A stretch of 61,110 nucleotides of DNA, counting the filler, from Bipalium vagum (Eukaryota), in NCBI GenBank assembly GCA_037834085.1. It is 3 parts of 3 records of this genome, joined end to end, with 100 filler letters (N's around TTAATTAATTAA, not from the genome) between each part and the next. Parts side by side here need not be neighbours in the genome. Positions count along the whole stretch, not along the records: positions 40,104 to 61,110 come from JBBMKC010243050.1; 2 more parts are not named here. One strand, written 5' to 3'. Positions within the stretch are counted from its first letter, which is position 1. Each line of letters starts with the position of its first letter. The position numbers and the translations under genes are program-made. This document shows positions 55,190 through 61,110 of this stretch, piece by piece. The notes beneath the pieces are model-generated. The model was not told the DNA's origin and ran no database searches. It worked only from the letters and a program-made list of their open reading frames with translations.

Positions 55190-56060
55190 GAATGAAGATA
55201 AAATAGTGTGCAGTATTGAACCATTATTGGAAAAAAGGTGCAGCCGAATAAATTTGTTAAATTGAAGATATAGGTAATATAGGTAGGTAATATATAGAAA
55301 TCCCACATCAATCTGGTTTAAGCTCTTCAACGAAGGCGACTATATTCCTGTTGAAGGGGCATTATGAGTCGATTTAGAGAAAAAATCACTTTCAAGTTGC
55401 AGAAAATTGTCGATAACACTTGTCATTTCTAAGTCAACTGTCTATGGACATTTAATTAATTTGCAATCAGTTCTCTAAAAAACCAGTTCATAATATATTT
55501 TGAAAAAGAATTGTTATGTGCAATGAAAAAAGGATATTTCTGCGTAATTCTTATAACCGGCGACAATGGGTTTCACAAGGGACCCAGTCTTTACCAGAAG
55601 TACAACAGGGTTGTTTCGGACACAAGGTAATATTGCAAGTTTGTTGGAATTTCGAAGGTATCATGCCCTTCCAAGTGGCAGACCTATAGATAACCAATTT
55701 TATGCTAAACAAATTGATCATGTATACACCGTTTTAAGCAATTGCTATTCAGCTTTAGTGACTAGAAAGTGTTTACTTTATCAGCATGATACCCTTCTGC
55801 ACACCGATCTCGTGTATCTCAATAAAAATTGAAAGAATTAGGTAAAGTAAAGTTTGCGGCTTATTCCGTCACATGGGTGCTTTCTTACGTGGTAGGTAGT
55901 CCAATAACGAGGTAGAATAGGCATACCAGTATTTTTTTATCTCTAAACTTAAGGAATGGTATCAGTGATAAATTGAATTGCTTGTAGAAAGATGGACGGA
56001 TGTCATTGAAAATGATGGTTTGTATTTTGAAGAATGATGTCCTTTTTTGGAAAAATCTTT
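55190..56060 (+). mobile_element. Decayed mariner
   Basis: FLRNSITGD; YHALPSGRPIDNQFYAKQI; LLYQHD; RKMDGCH*K*WFVF* C-terminal remnants. Confidence 0.75.
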
Positions 56061-56133
56061 GTTAAATAAATGTTGACGTTATGCACAAAGGCTTTCTTTT
56101 TTATAAAACAATTATAATTATTTATTTTATTAT

Positions 56134-56570
56134 ACAGGGTGTAAATAAAGAAAAATAGCAACAGAAATTTCAAACGACTATCAAATAATACCAAAATGTT
56201 TAAAATTTTATTTTAAGAAAAAAGTCAAGAGGACTTAAATCTGTGGAACACGGCGGCAGTGAAATATTTCCCATACAATTTATTCAGTGAGAGTAGAATT
56301 CTAAAATTTTTCGTACTGCTTTGGCGTAATGGAATGTTGCTCCACCCAGTTGTAAATAAGTTTTACAGAGACGACATTTGTTTTTAAGAAATGCACCACA
56401 TTGGTGCTGAGCATGGTCATATAATTGGATCCATTAACATTTTCATCAAATAAAAATGACTATAGAAGACTATGTATTCCTAGGGCTACCCAGACGTTGA
56501 CTTTAGGAGAGCATAGGCTTTTATTAAGGATAGACTTTTTTATAGTGGTCCCAGATGGTATATCGGCAAA
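56134..56570 (-). mobile_element. Rosa/maT-like fragment with CAGGGTG terminus
   Basis: SPKVNVWV; FFDENVNGSNY; QLGGATFHY (cf. QQDGAPPH); RSTDLSPLDFF; TA|CAGGGTG at 56132-56140. Confidence 0.7.
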
Positions 56571-56712
56571 TTATTTCTTTTTCAACTCTCTCATAACTTA
56601 GATTGTTGATTGATAATTGAGCATAAAAACCACTATTTGGATTTTCAGTTGCTGTGATAGCATTAGGTATACAATAAAAAATTGTTTAATACCATATAAA
56701 AATAAAAAATTC

Positions 56713-57245
56713 TGTGGAGACTCAAGAAAAATTGAACTATTTAACAATTTTTTATCTTGAAACTTTATTTTTGATTTGATTTTAATAAAAATATTAAGTG
56801 TTTTTATCTTTGCAACTTTTAAAAATAAGAATCCCTAAAAAAGAAAAATGAATAAAATTGAGACCTAACAATTATTATTATTATCATTATTATTACTATT
56901 ATTAATTAATTATTAAACAAAGAAAATATATAAAAAAACAAAAAATTGTACATAAAACTAAAATTAGAAAAAACCAGGTTTCTAAAAATAGAAATCTAGC
57001 AAAAAAAATATTATAGAAATCTAAATATAGAAATAATTTAAAACAAAAAATTTAAAAAGGAAATATATTAAATACAAAAATAAAATTAACATTAGAAAAT
57101 ATAATATTCAAAAACCAAAATATTGACAAAAAATATTCGGACAAAAATATTCAAGAAAAAATTCAGACACAGTTCAACACGAGACGTCAATTCGGAAAAC
57201 AGACACTAAAACCTTTAGAACAAAAACAATTCCTGTCATTTCACG
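56713..57245 (+). mobile_element. Divergent LTR-like segment related to the TGTGGAGACT family
   Basis: Starts TGTGGAGACT; A-rich distal part shares tcggacaa and acagttcaa with the distal end of 31164-31888. Confidence 0.4.
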
Positions 57246-58097
57246 TTTAGATGTATTTTTCAATTGGCATTGAAGGATCCAATATTCTCGATGAATCTAA
57301 AAATAAAATGTTTTTAAAGCTAAAACTAATATAAATTTCACCAGTGTGAATATTTTTTATGTGATAAGTAAATTTCTTTTTAATATCTTTAAAGGATAAA
57401 AGAAAATCATATTTACTTACATTATGAAAATAAAATGGAATCATAAAGTTTTTAATACTTTTATCATTTATAATTACAATTAATATGTGCTGCTCCTATA
57501 TATCTTCCGTTTAAATAATCATGATCTTGAACTTTATCTTCTTCTAAATCTTCTTGATAGCATACACATTTTACAGAATTTAAATAATTATTTTTTCATC
57601 TTTAGATATAATCATTCTATTTTTAAAAATAATTACTTGGATTTCTAACTGTTTGATAAATCATTATTTATTTTATTTATTACATTAAAAAATCATGTAA
57701 AACACTTTCTTCATAAAATTCAAAATATCTTGATTCATACAATTCAGGATAATTCGATTTAATGTAAATTCCTACTGCTAAAGGAAGTTGCTTAGATATC
57801 AATTTTGTATCATTTGAAATATTTTTATTTATGTGTATTGTACATACAAATTCATTCTAGATTACAAATTGTATTTTATTTCTACGATAATGATTGGGAT
57901 GTAAAAAACGAAATGAGCTTCTGTGGGATGTAAATAACCAATAACAAAAAGAAAAACACTTTAAATCTTTATTTTTATGTTAACAATGTTGTGATGAATT
58001 AAATAATAATTTAAAATATAAAGAACCTACTAAACTTTGATATATAAATAAATCTAGTGTAATTAATTTTCTTACGATATTATCTCACTATGAACAC

Positions 58098-58398
58098 TGT
58101 CGTAACCTTAGCTCGCAAAGTTACTGACCCCTTCACTTTTGCCTATACATGTACGCCAATGAATGAATAAAACAACTATGAACAACACTTTATTGCTAAA
58201 ATAACAATACAAACAGTAACAAAATGTTTCAAATGATCAATAAAATGTCTGCAAACAAATGTTTTACACTAAAAATCAAATGGTAATAATCAATTAAATA
58301 ATTAAATATCAAAATCAAATAAATGTACGTACGTAAGGGTTAATTAAAAAGGAGAAAGATGAATAAAAATTAAGATACTCTCACCACTTGTGACGACA
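58098..58398. mobile_element. LTR-like segment (~300 bp), orientation unresolved
   Basis: TGTCGTAAC...GTGACGACA (8/9 inverted termini); AATAAA on both strands. Confidence 0.55.
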
Positions 58399-58401
58399 GG
58401 T

Positions 58402-59048
58402 TCAAAGGGTGGTTAGCTGAGCCCAATCCGGTCCGCTCAGAAACTCCCTGACATCACAGGGCCTGTCGTGAACTCCTGTCGCATAGAGGGCATCAATATG
58501 AATTACAATTTCAAAAAAAAATTTTCGAATAATAACAGCAAGTTTTGACTCTTCTGACAAAATAAAACCAAATCTTCTCTTCTGACAATAAAATAATAAT
58601 AATAGCTCTTGGTCCTTCTTCTGACAATAATGATAACAACAGCTCTCGATCTCACTTCTGTGGCAATCAACTGCGGATTCCAACTTCTTATATACTATTT
58701 TGATCAGATGAATAATCAATCGTAGATCAGCTTGATTAATGGGGAATGTCGATTCCCTTTTTAGACCGATAATTCGAAATCGGTCCATCCTTGCGAACCC
58801 TGGTCTAATCTTGGCAATTTAGGTTCGCCATTGTCAAGATTAGATCCTTTTTGGAAATAATTAATTGCCCCTTTTTGGTTTGGATGTACTTTTTAATTAA
58901 TTAATTAATTAATTATTATTATTAAGTTATTTTTGACCCTCTTGCGGTCTTAATAATTAATTGATAATAATCAATCTAAACCCTATTGCGGTCTCTACCA
59001 TATACTTTTACAAGGGTTGGCAGGGATGTGTCCTTGGCTAACCCTACA
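58402..59048 (-). mobile_element. Short LTR (58832-59048), PBS-like TGGCGAACC and truncated downstream ORF
   Basis: TGTAGGGTTAG...CTAATCTTGACA, a 1-nt spacer, then TGGCG..; ORF start MDRFRIIGLK is echoed in the 40-kb copy (RD*FRNKDLN). Confidence 0.7.
58551..58632. repeat. Three spaced copies of CTTCTGACAA followed by an AATAA-type tail
   Basis: Copies at ~58551, ~58579 and ~58618. Confidence 0.8.
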
Positions 59049-59554
59049 ATTTGATATTATGAAAATTTCATTCTGATCCTGTATCTTCTTTTTCTTCTAT
59101 ATACTTATTTAATATTATCTAAATTTCATAAAAGGGTATTTCTACTTTCATAATTTTTTTGCTCTAGAATAATATGAAGATGTTAATTCTCGTTTTTCCC
59201 CAGAAATATCTCTTTCATAATTACATTATATTAATATCTGATATTTAAATTTACTATTTTCTTCAAAATTTTTTTAAAATTTTTTTTTAATTCATTTTTT
59301 AATTTGTGAGTATTTTTGTCATTAGGTTCTTTAGTTGATTCAATTTTACTATCGGAGTAAATTTGGTTTACTTGCATTTTGTTTAAATACAATAATTTAA
59401 TCATAGTTAATTCTTAGATTTTTTAAAAATTCAAAAATATTTTTCGAAAAACCTCGCAATGTAAGTCTAAATAGAGATTGTATTATCAAAATTTATATTT
59501 AAATTTTAGTAAAATGAATCTATCACTTCCAAAAGTTTTAGATCTTTTTGTTAT

Positions 59555-60424
59555 TTTTTCATCCGAAGAATCTGCTATATTAATTACTTAATTGAAAAGC
59601 AGATAATTACAAGCCACAACCGCTGTGATTGTGGTCAAATTGTATCAATAATCTTAAAAAGGAATTCTTATAGGTGCTACAGTAAAAAATGTCAAAAATA
59701 AATTCATTTTTTCCGAAACACTGCTTTGAAAAATAGAAAATTAAAAGCACACAAATTTCTGTTACTATCATATCTTTGGATATGCCAAGTTCAGCAGACA
59801 ACAATAATAAACATGACCCATCACTCATCGGAAACAATTACAAATTTTTTCTGCCTTTGCTCTCCAGATCATAATTGATTCCTTAACAGAAGAAGACTCA
59901 CGGATCGGTGGACAAGACATAATATTAGGTTGTCCAGTATGAAATTGCGGATTTTCAATATTATTTTAAAAAATTCAAAAACAGCTTGTAAATAAATATT
60001 ATTAATTAAAATATTTCCCATTGCTTTTGACACACTGTTACCATCGGGATAATAACTGTTTAATTCCTTTTTGGTAAAACTCCGAACATTTTGAATCGAA
60101 AAATTGAGCGATGTCCTTTTAGATGGCACCTTGGTCCTGGAAAATTTTATTAGCCAGAAATGCATTCAATAGTTGAAATCGATGAGTCAAAATTTGGACA
60201 AAGAAAAAATAATCGCGGACACCACGTTGAAGGTGTTTGGATTATTGGAAGTGTTGAAAGAACATCAGAAAGAAAGCTCTTCCTCAAAATAATAGAGAAA
60301 CGAAATGCAGAAACATTGTTCGATGTCATTACAAAGCATGTGAAAGAAGGATCTATCCTTTATACCGATGGCTGACGTGGTTACAATATGATTGAACCAC
60401 TGCTGAAAATGAAACATAAGATGG
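59555..60424 (+). mobile_element. Merlin (ISXO2-like) transposase remnant
   Basis: CDCGQ..YRCYSKKCQK Zn ribbon; IVEIDESKFGQRKNNRGHHVEGVWIIGSVERT..GSILYTDG*RGY..HKMV, then truncated. Confidence 0.9.
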
Positions 60425-61104
60425 TGACAGAAATCCATTAGTCTCGACAGAAGGGAGACTGTCTCGGTGTAGAGATAATGTGGGCTACTGGGGAAAATAG
60501 CCGTCTCTGAGAGTAGCGATTGGTGATCGTAGATCAATCTCTACGCCTATAAAAGGAGACGGCTACTCCCGTTAAGAGGCCCAGAATTTCATGCCCAAAA
60601 GTTTTGTGAAGAAATTTTGAGAAACTTGTCCAGAAGAAAACGATTTCAGAAGTTTGTGAAAAAAATTGGAGAAGATTGTTAAACAGAAAAGAAAAGGATC
60701 TCAGAAGATTGCCGGAAAAAAACTCAGAAGTAATTGGTATTTCTATGCCCAGGATTATGCAGTCAAATTTTTCTACAAGGGACCCCGCGAATTAGGATCC
60801 TTGTCGCTCTCGGTGAGGATAATTTTGATTATTTTTTTTTCTTTTATTTTACGTTATTTTTCGATTTTAGTGTTAAATTCGTATTATTATTAAAGATAAC
60901 AGAGGGATTTTAACTAACATTTTATTTGTGATTGATTTATATTTTTGATTGTTAATATAAATAAAGTTTTATTTCGAATTCATTATTGAGGGAGCGGGTA
61001 TGGTATAGTGATGGGTGTTTTGTTTAGGAAAATAAGAGTAGGGATTCCGAACACAACGAGTACACAAAGTGAGGAGTCAAAAGCCGACGAGCAAACGTTA
61101 CTAC
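60425..61104 (+). mobile_element. LTR-like insertion (~680 bp) truncating Merlin
   Basis: Begins TG at the Merlin break; TATAAAAGG at 60548; AATAAA at ~60960; ends CGTTACTACA. Confidence 0.6.
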
Positions 61105-61110
61105 ATTTTA

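Noticed and set aside
58410-58470. Hammerhead ribozyme, tRNA or U1 snRNA
   Set aside because: No CUGANGA core paired with GAAA, no T-loop GTTCRA, and no ACTTACCTG 5' end. Kept only as an unclassified structure.
58551-58632. CRISPR-like spaced repeats
   Set aside because: Only three short AT-rich units with related spacers, a eukaryotic context and no cas genes.

Overview
This is a very AT-rich animal (metazoan) nuclear scaffold with short (43-50 nt) GT-AG introns and two 100-nt assembly gaps carrying an artificial TTAATTAATTAA linker. Only three host genes are convincing, all on the - strand: a Gfi1/senseless-type C2H2 zinc-finger gene (3' part), Bax inhibitor-1/TMBIM6, and an InaF-motif microprotein. 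Most of the rest is nested, decayed mobile DNA: many mariner/Tc1/rosa/pogo copies, three Merlin (ISXO2-like) remnants, Ty3/gypsy fragments, several LTRs, and a fragmented Polinton/adintovirus-like element (penton, two packaging ATPases, PLA2-like domain, integrase, adenain protease). The best candidate for an undescribed system is an LTR-bounded cassette at 31164-34231. It has no gag/pol and instead encodes a REX4/ISG20-like DEDDh exonuclease fold with replaced catalytic residues, a PPxY motif, and a proline-rich ORF that reads into the LTR. Secondary candidates are conserved or alternative RNA hairpins at LTR-leader junctions and a C-terminal eh1 (Groucho-binding) motif on the Gfi1-like protein. 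All family calls come from manual motif recognition, not database searches, and boundaries of decayed elements are approximate.
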